Notes: a model not told the origin generated them from the letters alone. A stretch of DNA of 64,000 nucleotides from Oligoflexia bacterium (GCA_016715815.1 JADJXN010000004.1:11123-75122); one strand, 5' to 3'; numbered from the stretch's first letter, positions 18,913 to 27,797 are shown. Translations and numbers: made by a program.

Positions 18913-20373
18913 TTACTTTGCGCCAGGCTTGTTATGACGTCTGCGGCGCTTGACATCCTCTTCATAATTTGTGGCTTTAGCATTGGGGTTGATGGGTGTA
19001 AGAAGTCCCTTAATTTTGTCTTGCTTAATAGGTGTTACGTTAGGGTGTGCCAGACTGTAATATATTTTTTCTAAAAGCTCTTTATCATAAAAGGGCTTTG
19101 TCATCATGTGCTCAAGGGCTTCAAGTGGGGTCATAGGTGCGATATTGTGTTTGGCACTTGTGAGGTAATCAAGCTCATCAGCTATGTGGCAGATTTTTGA
19201 TTCAAGCCCTATTTGACTGCCCTCAAGCCCTTTGGGGTAACCGCTGCCGTCCACATTTTCATGGTGTTCAAGAATAATTCTTAAAACCTCCTCAGATACC
19301 TTAAACTTTTTTTCTTCAATAAGTTCTTTTGCCTTAACAACATGACTTTTATAGATGGCGCGCTCATCATCATCCATTTCAGAGAGTTGTTTATTGGCAA
19401 TTTCTTGTGGAATAGTTGAAAGGCCAATGTCATGAATAAGTCCTGCTAGGGCTAAAGATTCAATGTCGTTATGGCCGACTGCGAGCGCAAAAAGTGTGGC
19501 ATATGTAGAAACATTTAAAGCATGGTTGTAGCTGCTACTGCTGTGAGCTGCTAATTGTAGAATTTGTTGGTAAATATCAGGCCTTGCGCTTACGTCTGTT
19601 ATAAATTTTCCAACAACTTCACGGCAAGTATTTAAAACCTGCTTACCTTTTTGTTGATCAAAGGGGCCTGGCTCAAAAAAGCCAACAAATAAATCCCGCA
19701 CTTGTTTTTGTGCTTGCTCACGCTTAAGAGTACCTGAACCACTTTTAAGAAGATTTTTAAGTTTAGTAGTTACATACTGGCTAAAGGCTCTTTTTTCAGT
19801 TAGCAAAATATATAAATCTGCAATGTTATTATCTTTAAAGCGGTCAATTTGGTTTTGCCCAAGACCTGTGTTTTTGCGGCAATAGAGAATGACTTTTTTG
19901 TTTTTAGGCATGTAGTAAAACATGTCAAAAGGAAATTTTCCGTTTGGTACAAGATCTGTTATGCGCACCGGAAATAAAAACTCTATTTTAATTTTTTCAT
20001 GTGGAATGGTAATTGGTGCTGCTACTAAAAGAGATTCAATAAATAAACTTAATTCATTAGGGTATTGCACACATGTGGTTTTGGTAGTCCACTCTTTAAT
20101 TTCGCTTAAGTTAAAAGGAAGCTTATCTTGAAATGTTAGAAGGTAATTAGCGCTCGGAAATTTTTTGCTAAACACGGTGAGCGCATTTTTAACCTCTCTT
20201 TGAAGAGAAAAGGCATCTAAAATAATAGCCGGTGGGTTAAACATGTTAGTTATTTTTTTAAGCTCTTCTTTGGATTTAATAGGGATAATTGTATAGTCCA
20301 ACTCACCTATAACGGCCTGAATTGAGTCAATGTAATCATCATCGGTTGAATATACAAATATAGGTACTTTCAT
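18913..20373 (-). CDS. HD-GYP domain c-di-GMP phosphodiesterase-like protein with an N-terminal receiver-like domain
   Basis: GLIHDIGLS and HHENVDGSGYPKGL motifs. The N-terminus has IFVYSTDDD ... AIILDAF, resembling a REC fold. Confidence 0.85.
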   Translation of the reverse strand: MKVPIFVYSTDDDYIDSIQAVIGELDYTIIPIKSKEELKKITNMFNPPAIILDAFSLQREVKNALTVFSKKFPSANYLLTFQDKLPFNLSEIKEWTTKTTCVQYPNELSLFIESLLVAAPITIPHEKIKIEFLFPVRITDLVPNGKFPFDMFYYMPKNKKVILYCRKNTGLGQNQIDRFKDNNIADLYILLTEKRAFSQYVTTKLKNLLKSGSGTLKREQAQKQVRDLFVGFFEPGPFDQQKGKQVLNTCREVVGKFITDVSARPDIYQQILQLAAHSSSSYNHALNVSTYATLFALAVGHNDIESLALAGLIHDIGLSTIPQEIANKQLSEMDDDERAIYKSHVVKAKELIEEKKFKVSEEVLRIILEHHENVDGSGYPKGLEGSQIGLESKICHIADELDYLTSAKHNIAPMTPLEALEHMMTKPFYDKELLEKIYYSLAHPNVTPIKQDKIKGLLTPINPNAKATNYEEDVKRRRRHNKPGAK

Positions 20374-20568
20374 TACCCCCTTTATCGGCCAGAGGGCTAA
20401 GTTTTTACCGTCCAGATTTAAGGGCGGGACCTATGGCCGAGCGAAGTGTGTGCCAGACAAGTACCCCTATTAATGAGTATATGAGTTTTTGGCAGCTCTA
20501 ATTGCCGCTATGTAAATAAGTTAAACACTTTTGCGGCCTGGGAAGGCTAAAGATTTAAAAAACTCACT

Positions 20569-20596
20569 TTGTAAACTAACAAACCGATGGTATTAT
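20569..20596 (+). promoter_or_regulatory. Sigma70-like promoter candidate for the RNA-binding protein gene
   Basis: TTGTAA (20569-20574), a 16-nt spacer, then TATTAT (20591-20596) preceded by TGG. It would give a leader of about 100 nt. Confidence 0.4.
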
Positions 20597-20642
20597 AGAT
20601 TTTAGTTGGTCGTCTCAATGTTCGAGTTTCCGTGAGTCCTTA

Positions 20643-20659
20643 GTATCTCCCGTATCTCC
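20643..20659 (+). promoter_or_regulatory. Tandem GTATCTCC anti-Shine-Dalgarno-like repeats in the rbp leader
   Basis: GTATCTCC occurs at 20643-20650 and 20652-20659. Each can pair with GGAGGTAT (20696-20703) over 8 bp, including two G-U wobbles. Confidence 0.35.
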
Positions 20660-20705
20660 TTGAGTTGACATTTTTATTAACTGTCCCAACCTTATGGAGG
20701 TATTC

Positions 20706-21077
20706 ATGGGCAAAAAGTTATATGTAGGTAATCTTCCTTTTTCAGTCAATGATCAGTCATTGCAAAACATCTTTGCTGGTTATAACAGCATTGAATCTGC
20801 ACGCATCATCACAGATCGTGACTCTGGTCGCTCAAAAGGCTTTGGCTTTGTTGAGTTAACTGCAGATGATGAGGCTACTCAAGCAATTGAGAAGCTTAAC
20901 GGAACAGAAGTTGACGGTAGAAAGATTATCGTAAACGAAGCGCGTCCAATGGCTCCTCGTGAAGGCGGCCGTGGTAATGGCGGTGGCTTTGGTGGCAACC
21001 GTGGCGGAGGCCGTGGTGGCTTCGGCGGTGGCGGCAACCGTGGCGGTGGCTATGGTGGCGGACGAGGTAGATACTAG
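20706..21077 (+). CDS. RRM-type RNA-binding protein with a C-terminal Gly/Arg (RGG) tail
   Basis: RNP2 KLYVGNL and RNP1 KGFGFVEL. C-terminal GGRGNGGGFGGNRGGGRGGFGGGGNRGGGYGGGRGRY. Start chosen at the ATG 5 nt downstream of GGAGG. Confidence 0.9.
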   Translation: MGKKLYVGNLPFSVNDQSLQNIFAGYNSIESARIITDRDSGRSKGFGFVELTADDEATQAIEKLNGTEVDGRKIIVNEARPMAPREGGRGNGGGFGGNRGGGRGGFGGGGNRGGGYGGGRGRY

Positions 21078-21107
21078 TTTTTTAAGATTAAAATTAGTTT
21101 ATAAGTT

Positions 21108-21142
21108 AAAGAGCCTATAGAAATATAGGCTCTTTCTTTTTT
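21108..21142 (+). terminator. Rho-independent terminator
   Basis: AAAGAGCCTATA / GAAA loop / TATAGGCTCTTT, followed by CTTTTTT. Confidence 0.8.
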
Positions 21143-21286
21143 AGTAGCAGTAATATTGTGAACAGGGGAGCACCCAACTCCATAATTTTTGTAAAATGGC
21201 GGCACCCCAGGCAATAGTGAACATGGGTGCGAAAAGTAAGGTGGGCCAAAGCATCAACATTGCAAAAATATACAGTAATAAAGTGG

Positions 21287-21649
21287 CTATTTTTCTAAAC
21301 ATTCAAGAACAAATAAATAAAGACCTGTTTGGGTTTGTTTTCTGTAGTTTACTTTGGCAAAGGGCTTTTCTTTTGAAAGATCAGCATAGCTACCTGAAGA
21401 GGTTTTATTTTCATAATCATTAATATGAGCACCTATCATTTTGTTTTTGGCATCATAGTAGCCATCTAATTTAATGTTGCTATCAAGTCTTGATAAAAAA
21501 CTAATAAATGCTCCTTGAGCGGATATTTCATCTGTTTTTGTTTCAGTGAGGCGCTTACCTCCACCCACCTCTGTTTTTTCACACACAAGTTTTTTTGCAA
21601 GTGTTGTGTTACAAGCCAATAAAAGAGCTAATATTAGAATAGATTTCAT
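21287..21649 (-). CDS. Small exported protein (120 aa), unknown
   Basis: Signal peptide MKSILILALLLACNTTLA (possible lipobox LLAC). 4-nt overlap with the upstream gene. Confidence 0.55.
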   Translation of the reverse strand: MKSILILALLLACNTTLAKKLVCEKTEVGGGKRLTETKTDEISAQGAFISFLSRLDSNIKLDGYYDAKNKMIGAHINDYENKTSSGSYADLSKEKPFAKVNYRKQTQTGLYLFVLECLEK

Positions 21650-22101
21650 TTCTTATTTTGCCTTTCAAGACAGTTTAGCTTATCAGTGGCAATTACTTGC
21701 CTTTGTTTTGTAATTTTAAAGTAACCCTCATGAATGGGAACAGTGTTTACAGATTTTTCTGATTTAATTTTATACTCAAAGTGAAACTCAGCTCCACTGA
21801 CTGTGGTGCCCTCAACTACATATTTTTCTTCTGTTTCAGAAAATTGGGCTGAGTTTATATTTGTCATAAATAAAAGATTGCCTGATTTAACTTGTAAGGC
21901 TTCAACATATAGGGTCTTGTCAGGCTGTTTTTCTCCGGTGAGCATGAAATAGTCTTCATGGGTTGGAATTTCCTGGGTGGAGCAAGTAAAATCCACAAAA
22001 TAAAAATGGCGTGGTGGAAGTAGATGCTCCTCTTGGGCTAAAACGGATTGTCCCAATACAAAACTCAGTAAAATTAAAAGCATAGGTTTTATAGTATTCA
22101 T
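21646..22101 (-). CDS. Small exported protein (151 aa), unknown
   Basis: Signal peptide MNTIKPMLLILLSFVLGQSVLA. Beta-rich. Confidence 0.55.
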   Translation of the reverse strand: MNTIKPMLLILLSFVLGQSVLAQEEHLLPPRHFYFVDFTCSTQEIPTHEDYFMLTGEKQPDKTLYVEALQVKSGNLLFMTNINSAQFSETEEKYVVEGTTVSGAEFHFEYKIKSEKSVNTVPIHEGYFKITKQRQVIATDKLNCLERQNKK

Positions 22102-22244
22102 ACAATTTCCCCCCTAATCTAAAAGGCTAGTATCAAAAACGATGCAGCGTCAAACTATTTAAAATAGTATAAATTTAAGAAGTTTTAAGAATGAAAATTG
22201 AAAATTTAGGAGACAATAAGAAGCTAAACATAGGAGACATAAAG

Positions 22245-22607
22245 ATGATTATAAGTTTATTTTTAGCACTAAATTTAATGGCAGCAGAAAAAAGTATTTT
22301 ACCAGCAAGTTTTAATTTTGAAGTTTCACCTAACCAACCAGATGTCAGCATTGGTGCAAACTTGATGTATGACTTGGTGATTAACTATACCTACATGCCA
22401 TGCCAAGGAGTAAAATTTAAAAACGCAGAGGCTCAAAGATCTACTGATGAAAATGGCAATGCTGTTTACCATGTTTCCATAAAACTTGAATTTCCTGAAA
22501 TGGCCAATACCCAATATTGTCCACAAAGTGCCTCAACACGTATTGAGTGGGTTAATAAGGGCCAACTTGATTTAAGTAGAAAAGTATATTTTGAAGCCAG
22601 CATGTAA
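22245..22607 (+). CDS. Small exported protein (about 120 aa), unknown
   Basis: ATG at 22245 is preceded by AGGAGA. Signal-like MIISLFLALNLMAA. Confidence 0.5.
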   Translation: MIISLFLALNLMAAEKSILPASFNFEVSPNQPDVSIGANLMYDLVINYTYMPCQGVKFKNAEAQRSTDENGNAVYHVSIKLEFPEMANTQYCPQSASTRIEWVNKGQLDLSRKVYFEASM

Positions 22608-22719
22608 CATAAGTTTTTCCTAACTTATTGATATTATTAAATAAATATTAAAAATAAGCGCTCAACTAGACTCGACTTTGGTCCGATAGGTAAATAAGTC
22701 TAACAATTAAGGAGGGCAC

Positions 22720-23148
22720 GTGAGCGCTTTAGATCTAAAACTTGTGGATACAGTTCATAAGTATCTTAAGAAATTCACTGAAAAGGAAATTAAAGCTGCA
22801 GTTGATAAAAACTGGCTTAAGTTTCATGGTGAAATATCAAAATTTAACCCTGAGTTAAAGAAGCTTAAAAAAATGGATTTTATTAGCTACTACAAAATTG
22901 CAGCAAAGTCTGGGTTTGATATTTTTAGCCAATTAGTAAATGCTGGCCAAATTCCAAAAGGTTCTCTGACTAAGTCAGAAGAGGAAAGCCTTAAAAAGGG
23001 TTATGAAGCTGTAAATGCTATCTTTAATACTGGTGGCACAGGCATGCTTAATGAGCTAAAAATTGGAGCAGTAGAGGAGGCGGTGGCAGCTCCACCTGCA
23101 CCTGCGCCAGCTCCTGATATTAAAGAGCCAAAAAAGAAATCTGCCTAA
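22720..23148 (+). CDS. Hypothetical cytoplasmic protein (142 aa) with an (AP)n-rich C-terminal tail
   Basis: GTG start preceded by AAGGAGG. No family recognised. Confidence 0.55.
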   Translation: MSALDLKLVDTVHKYLKKFTEKEIKAAVDKNWLKFHGEISKFNPELKKLKKMDFISYYKIAAKSGFDIFSQLVNAGQIPKGSLTKSEEESLKKGYEAVNAIFNTGGTGMLNELKIGAVEEAVAAPPAPAPAPDIKEPKKKSA

Positions 23149-23175
23149 TTATATTTAATTTGTTTAAAGTGATTT

Positions 23176-23215
23176 GGTTGCACTAGCCTAAAAAACTAGT
23201 GCAACCATTTTTTTT
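23176..23215. terminator. Bidirectional terminator between convergent genes
   Basis: GGTTGCACTAG / 9-nt loop / CTAGTGCAACC, followed by ATTTTTTTT. Confidence 0.75.
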
Positions 23216-23223
23216 GGCTAATC

Positions 23224-24756
23224 CTACATTCCTAAAAACTTTGTCCAGCTTGGAGCGCCATTAATTGCAAATTGCAACTGTGAATAGGCCCCTTTAAGCT
23301 CGCGTGCTTCTCTTAGCCTTCCTTGTTTGGCAGCATTTATTCTTGAATAAAAATAGAGCGTCATACCGTGAGCCCCTTTAGTTGCAAAATTATAAGCATC
23401 TGCAATGACGGGGCTTGTGGGTGGAAAGTTTGAGTGAAACACAATGGGATCTGCTCCTTCACGCACAAAGGTGCTAAGTGCTTCGTTTAATTTTATACCA
23501 TCAGTAGGGTTATTGGGTGTTACCACATACTGCATTTGCATACCAGCGGGTGCCGCTGGGATTGTAGCAGTGTAGCTTCCGTCTGATTGCTTTTGAAGCT
23601 GCATAGCTCTCCACTGATTATCATTTGAGTAGCGGGCACTGACTGTGCCTGGCTGGTAGCGAACTACTTTGTAACCTTTTCTTGTTACTCCCTCTGGGCC
23701 CACCATAGGTGTGGCACTTGATGGCAGCTCTGCTGGGTAGCCATACATTTGCACAAGCTTATCAATGGCACTTGCTAGTGGGTTGGTATTAGTTGCTGCA
23801 ATTTTTCTTGCTGCGGTCATTCCGCCAATAAGATCACTATCAAAATCATTTGAGCTATAAGCGCCTCTTAGTTTTTGTTGAATATTAGCTGGAGCTGAAA
23901 TGTGGTTATCAGCAACGGCACTAAATAATTGTGTAAAGCTTGTAACTTTACTTAAATCTAAAGCTAAATAATTAATCCCCGCACCCTTTCTTGCGTACTG
24001 CAGGGTATATTGATAAACCATAATTTTTGCAAATTCACTTGCTGGCATGGTGGGGTTTGCTACCAGGGGTTTTAAAAAGGCTTCATAGTCTTCCCCTTCG
24101 CCAGGTTCATTAAACTGAGAACCAATTAATATTTTTGCAACGTCTTTTACCTCATAAGCCACCTCAAGAGTGGACATTAAACAAGCATCGAAATTTAAAA
24201 TATCAATCAGAGGGCCTCCTCTGTACAAACCGCGTTGTGCTTGTAGTGGTGCTACAGCACTTGAAGCAGCCTTTAAAGCCTGAGCAATTTGAGGCATGGT
24301 GATGTAGGCATTTGGGTTATCATCATAAGAAACCCCGCTCCAACCACTGCCGTGGTTCCAAACAATAAGAGCATAGTGTTTGGCTGGAAAGTTTTTTACT
24401 CCCCAAGTGATAAATTCCGCCAAATGTTTCCAGTCTCCCAAATTAGTTTCACCTAAAGTTTGAAGTACTTTAGAGGTGGGCCTTCCCATTTGTGGGTTTG
24501 GGTTACGTGTAACATAGTAACGCGTGGTGGGCATCCCTGCCGGTTCTGGATCTTGTTCAACAATGACGTTTACCTGATCTGATGAGCCAATCTTTTCAGC
24601 TTGCCACATATTTAGCTGGCCAAAGCGCCAAAGGTTGTTATCTGAATTCATGTAAACTAAAACGGTCCACTCTTTAACGGGCATTTGCTGGGCAAATGCT
24701 GTGGTTGAAGAAAGTAATACAAAAGCAATCATCCTTAATGCTGTTGTTATTGACAT
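23224..24756 (-). CDS. Secreted clostripain-family (C11) cysteine peptidase with a C-terminal beta-rich extension
   Basis: Signal peptide. WTVLVYMNSDNNL, catalytic His context VWNHGSGW and Cys context LNFDACLMSTLE. Confidence 0.78.
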   Translation of the reverse strand: MSITTALRMIAFVLLSSTTAFAQQMPVKEWTVLVYMNSDNNLWRFGQLNMWQAEKIGSSDQVNVIVEQDPEPAGMPTTRYYVTRNPNPQMGRPTSKVLQTLGETNLGDWKHLAEFITWGVKNFPAKHYALIVWNHGSGWSGVSYDDNPNAYITMPQIAQALKAASSAVAPLQAQRGLYRGGPLIDILNFDACLMSTLEVAYEVKDVAKILIGSQFNEPGEGEDYEAFLKPLVANPTMPASEFAKIMVYQYTLQYARKGAGINYLALDLSKVTSFTQLFSAVADNHISAPANIQQKLRGAYSSNDFDSDLIGGMTAARKIAATNTNPLASAIDKLVQMYGYPAELPSSATPMVGPEGVTRKGYKVVRYQPGTVSARYSNDNQWRAMQLQKQSDGSYTATIPAAPAGMQMQYVVTPNNPTDGIKLNEALSTFVREGADPIVFHSNFPPTSPVIADAYNFATKGAHGMTLYFYSRINAAKQGRLREARELKGAYSQLQFAINGAPSWTKFLGM

Positions 24757-24906
24757 GATATTGTTCCCCCTTAGAATAATTGTTAAGACGGACCTTGGTC
24801 ATGTCAACTTGATAGGGGACAAACTGTTATCAGTTGATATCGCTTTTACGAGCCCTAGGTCTAGTTTGTGAGGCAAATGAAAAAACATATTACCGCAAAT
24901 TTAAAA

Positions 24907-25371
24907 ATGGAAAAGTACATGAAAAAAGCTATCTCACTTTCAAGGCGTAACATGAGTAGTGGGGATGGCGGACCCTTTGGTGCTGTGATTGTTAAATCTG
25001 GAAAAGTTGTGGGTAAAGGTTGGAATAAAGTCACTTCAACCAATGACCCAACAGCTCATGCAGAAATTGTGGCCATCCGTGATGCTTGTAAAAAATTAAA
25101 AAATTTTGATCTTAGTGAGTGTGAAATTTACTCAAGCTGTGAGCCCTGTCCCATGTGTCTAGCTGCCATTTACTGGGCAAGAATTGAAAAGGTATATTTT
25201 GCAAATACAAAAAAAGATGCCGCCGCCATTGAATTTGATGATGATTTTATTTATCAAGAAATTCCAAAACACCCATCAAGGCGAAAAATCCCCATGCAGC
25301 AGCTCTTAAGAGAAGAGGCGCTTAAGATATTTGAAATTTGGAAAGAAAAAGAAGATAAGGTGCGCTACTAA
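24907..25371 (+). CDS. guaD: CDA-fold nucleoside/nucleobase deaminase, GuaD-like guanine deaminase
   Basis: GGPFGAVIVKSGKVVG, DPTAHAEIVAIR, CEPCPMCLAAIYWARI and FDDDFIYQEI closely resemble B. subtilis GuaD as recalled. An alternative start lies at 24919. Confidence 0.8.
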   Translation: MEKYMKKAISLSRRNMSSGDGGPFGAVIVKSGKVVGKGWNKVTSTNDPTAHAEIVAIRDACKKLKNFDLSECEIYSSCEPCPMCLAAIYWARIEKVYFANTKKDAAAIEFDDDFIYQEIPKHPSRRKIPMQQLLREEALKIFEIWKEKEDKVRY

Positions 25372-26615
25372 GATTTTTTATTGCCACTCACAAGGGCGGT
25401 AATAACTAAATCTCCGCTCACATTCACTGTGGTGCGGCACATATCTAAAAACCTATCTACTCCCAATACAACACCAATGCCCTCTGCTGGTATTCCTACT
25501 TGTTGAAGCAAAATTACTATCAATGGTAAGGAGCCACCGGGTACGCCAGCAGTACCAATACCTGCAAGAATGGACATAAGCACCACTTGTACTTGCTGTG
25601 CAAGGGTGAGATCTATGGAATAAATTTGTGCTAAAAATAAAACCGTAATCCCTTCAAATAAAGCTGTTCCATTTTGGTTGGCCGTTGAGCCTACTGTTAA
25701 AACAAAACGTGAGGTTTCTTTGGGAAGCTTTAACTTATGCTCTGCCGCTTCCAGAGATTTGGGAAGTGTGGCATTGGAAGATGCCGTTGCAAAGGCATAC
25801 ATGTAAACTTCACGGCAATTTTTAAAAAACTCTATGGGAGATTTTTTGGTAAAAGATTTTAATAAAAAACTATAAACTCCGAATTGCTGGATAAGTAGGC
25901 CTAAAACAACAATGCCTACATACAAAGCTAAAGAGACAAGAAGCTGGTGGCCAAACTTGAAAGCCGAGCTAAATACCAAGGCAAAAACAGCATAAGGGGC
26001 GAGCTTCATGGCAAATGCGACAATTCTCATACAGGCTTCATAAACTTGTTCAAATATTTTTATGATTCCGCCACTACCATCCAGGTTACGGCTTAGGGCT
26101 ATGCCAAAAACAAGTGCAAAAAACATTAAGGCAATCATTTCCCCGTCAAGAGCGCGGGCTGCAGAATCAATGGGGTTTTTGGGTATTATTTCCACTAATG
26201 ACTGTACTGCAGATTTGGCTTGCGCTGCATTTGTTTTTATTTTTTCAGTGTTAGCAGATTGTGTGGCAACAAGTTGATCTTGAATGTTTAACCCAACACC
26301 CGGTTTAAAAAAATTAACTAATGTAATGCCAATAATAACTGAAGCGGCACTGGTTAAAACTGTAAATATAATGGTTTTAGAAACCACTTTTCCAAGGCCG
26401 TGGTGTTCACTAAGTTGGTAAACACCAAGTACTAAGCCTGTAAAAACCATGGGGACAACAATCATAAAAATGAGTCTTAAAAAAACTTGCCCCAAAGGAT
26501 CTAAAACATTTTTAGTAAAAGTAGTAACAAAGGGGTTTTGAACGTATTGGTGAAATATAATTCCCAAAACCGCACCCAAAACAAGGCTTATAAGTAATTT
26601 GTGATGTGCTTTCAT
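25368..26615 (-). CDS. Dicarboxylate/amino acid:cation symporter (DAACS, GltP/GltT-like)
   Basis: ATASSNATLP, GVPGGSL and VDRFLDMCRTTVNVSGD motifs. Confidence 0.85.
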   Translation of the reverse strand: MKAHHKLLISLVLGAVLGIIFHQYVQNPFVTTFTKNVLDPLGQVFLRLIFMIVVPMVFTGLVLGVYQLSEHHGLGKVVSKTIIFTVLTSAASVIIGITLVNFFKPGVGLNIQDQLVATQSANTEKIKTNAAQAKSAVQSLVEIIPKNPIDSAARALDGEMIALMFFALVFGIALSRNLDGSGGIIKIFEQVYEACMRIVAFAMKLAPYAVFALVFSSAFKFGHQLLVSLALYVGIVVLGLLIQQFGVYSFLLKSFTKKSPIEFFKNCREVYMYAFATASSNATLPKSLEAAEHKLKLPKETSRFVLTVGSTANQNGTALFEGITVLFLAQIYSIDLTLAQQVQVVLMSILAGIGTAGVPGGSLPLIVILLQQVGIPAEGIGVVLGVDRFLDMCRTTVNVSGDLVITALVSGNKKS

Positions 26616-26712
26616 TGGGCTCTAAAGAACGCTATGTGGGGGCTTGAGTCAAGCATTTATTTTTCTTTTCTAAAAGATTTCATGAACCTTTTGATGCTAT
26701 AAAGGTGTAACT

Positions 26713-27618
26713 ATGTCTACACCATTTTTATTTGGTCTTTGTGTTTTTATTTGGGGAACTACTTGGTTTGCAATTACCTATCAGTTGGGTGTGGTGGCCC
26801 CTGAGGTTTCTGTTTTTTACCGCTTTATTTTAGCAGCAGCTATTTCTTTTGCGTATTGTGTTTTAAGAAAAAAGAAACTCAAATTTTCTAAAAAAGAGCA
26901 TTTTTATTTATTTGGCCAAGGTGTTTTTATGTTTTGTCTAAATTATATTTTTACATACTATGCTGAAAAATTTGTGAGTTCGGGTCTAATAGCCGTAACT
27001 TTTACCTTGATGGTTTATTTTAACATGGTGGGGATGAGGCTTTTTTTTAATCAAAAAATTCAAAAGCGCGTCGTTTTTGGCGGCACCCTTGGTTTTATTG
27101 GAATTGTTTTTTTGTTTTACAATGAGATTTTAAATTTTAAAGCCGATGGTGAAGGCCTAAAAGGTTTAGTTTTAGGTGTTATTGCGGCTCTTTTTGCCTC
27201 TGGTGGGAATATGTTTGCCACAAAAACAAGGCGTCTTCAGCTGCCCATTTTGGCTTCAAATAGTTGGGCTATGTTTTATGGCTCTCTTACAACTGGTTTA
27301 ATTTGTCTGCTTTTGGGCTCTCGGTTTGGTTTTAGTTTAGAGCCAAAATATCTTTTAAGCCTAGGTTATCTAACAATTCTTGGGACCATTGTTGCCTTTG
27401 GAGCTTATATTGCCCTTGTTGGTAGAATGGGAGCAGAAAAAGCCATTTTTATTGGTATTTTAACTCCAGTGCTGGCCCTTATTATTTCAGTGCTTTTTGA
27501 AAGCTTTAGTTTAAGTTTTCAAACCTTTTTAGGGGTCGTTTTGTGTTTAGTGGGTAATGCCATCGCTTTAGTTAATTTTGATAAATTGCGCCTAAAGCGT
27601 TTTTGGCAAAAAGCTTAG
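26713..27618 (+). CDS. EamA/DMT-family transporter (10 TM)
   Basis: 301 aa with two EamA-like halves. Typical GTTWFAI and ...GAYIALVGRMGAEKA. Confidence 0.78.
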   Translation: MSTPFLFGLCVFIWGTTWFAITYQLGVVAPEVSVFYRFILAAAISFAYCVLRKKKLKFSKKEHFYLFGQGVFMFCLNYIFTYYAEKFVSSGLIAVTFTLMVYFNMVGMRLFFNQKIQKRVVFGGTLGFIGIVFLFYNEILNFKADGEGLKGLVLGVIAALFASGGNMFATKTRRLQLPILASNSWAMFYGSLTTGLICLLLGSRFGFSLEPKYLLSLGYLTILGTIVAFGAYIALVGRMGAEKAIFIGILTPVLALIISVLFESFSLSFQTFLGVVLCLVGNAIALVNFDKLRLKRFWQKA

Positions 27619-27625
27619 CAGTAAA

Positions 27626-27641
27626 ACTCCGGCGCCGGAGT
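27626..27641 (-). terminator. GC-rich palindrome ACTCCGGCGCCGGAGT; probable terminator of the tRNA-Arg transcript
   Basis: Perfect 16-bp palindrome, followed on the minus strand by TTTTAC. It lies 8 nt past the eamA stop. Confidence 0.55.
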
Positions 27642-27650
27642 CCTCACTCG

Positions 27651-27710
27651 GTATACCGTATACACGTTTTTATTCAGATATCCGATATCTGATATCCGAT
27701 ATCGGATATC
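27651..27710. repeat. Array of palindromic hexamers with 7-bp spacing: 2 x GTATACN, a 13-nt spacer, then 5 x GATATCN
   Basis: GTATAC at 27651 and 27658. GATATC at 27677, 27684, 27691, 27698 and 27705. Contains the perfect 26-bp palindrome TCTGATATCCGATATCGGATATCAGA (27688-27713). Confidence 0.9.
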
Positions 27711-27720
27711 AGAGTGGTTC

Positions 27721-27797
27721 TGGCGCGGCCGGCAGGAGTCGAACCTGCGACCCTCAGATTCGTAGTCTGATACTCTATCCAGCTGAGCTACGGCCGC
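27721..27797 (-). tRNA. tRNA-Arg (anticodon ACG), CCA encoded
   Basis: The reverse complement folds by hand into a 77-nt cloverleaf. Acceptor stem GCGGCCG/CGGCCGC, anticodon stem TCAGA/TCTGA with loop CTACGAA, and T arm GCAGG-TTCGACT-CCTGC. Confidence 0.93.

Noticed and set aside
20950-21075. GC-rich short tandem repeats (GGTGGC/CGTGGC units) that could be mistaken for a repeat array
   Set aside because: They are in frame and encode the RGG/Gly-rich tail of the RRM protein. There are no spacers and no CRISPR-like periodicity.
21143-21286. Possible small RNA in the gap after the rbp terminator (partial direct repeat GTGAACAGGGG / GTGAACATGGG and a GCACCC/GGGTGC stem)
   Set aside because: The stem is short (6 bp) with a long loop, and the repeats are imperfect. 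The gap is more simply the 3' UTR and weak terminator of the convergent minus-strand gene. The evidence is insufficient to call an RNA gene.
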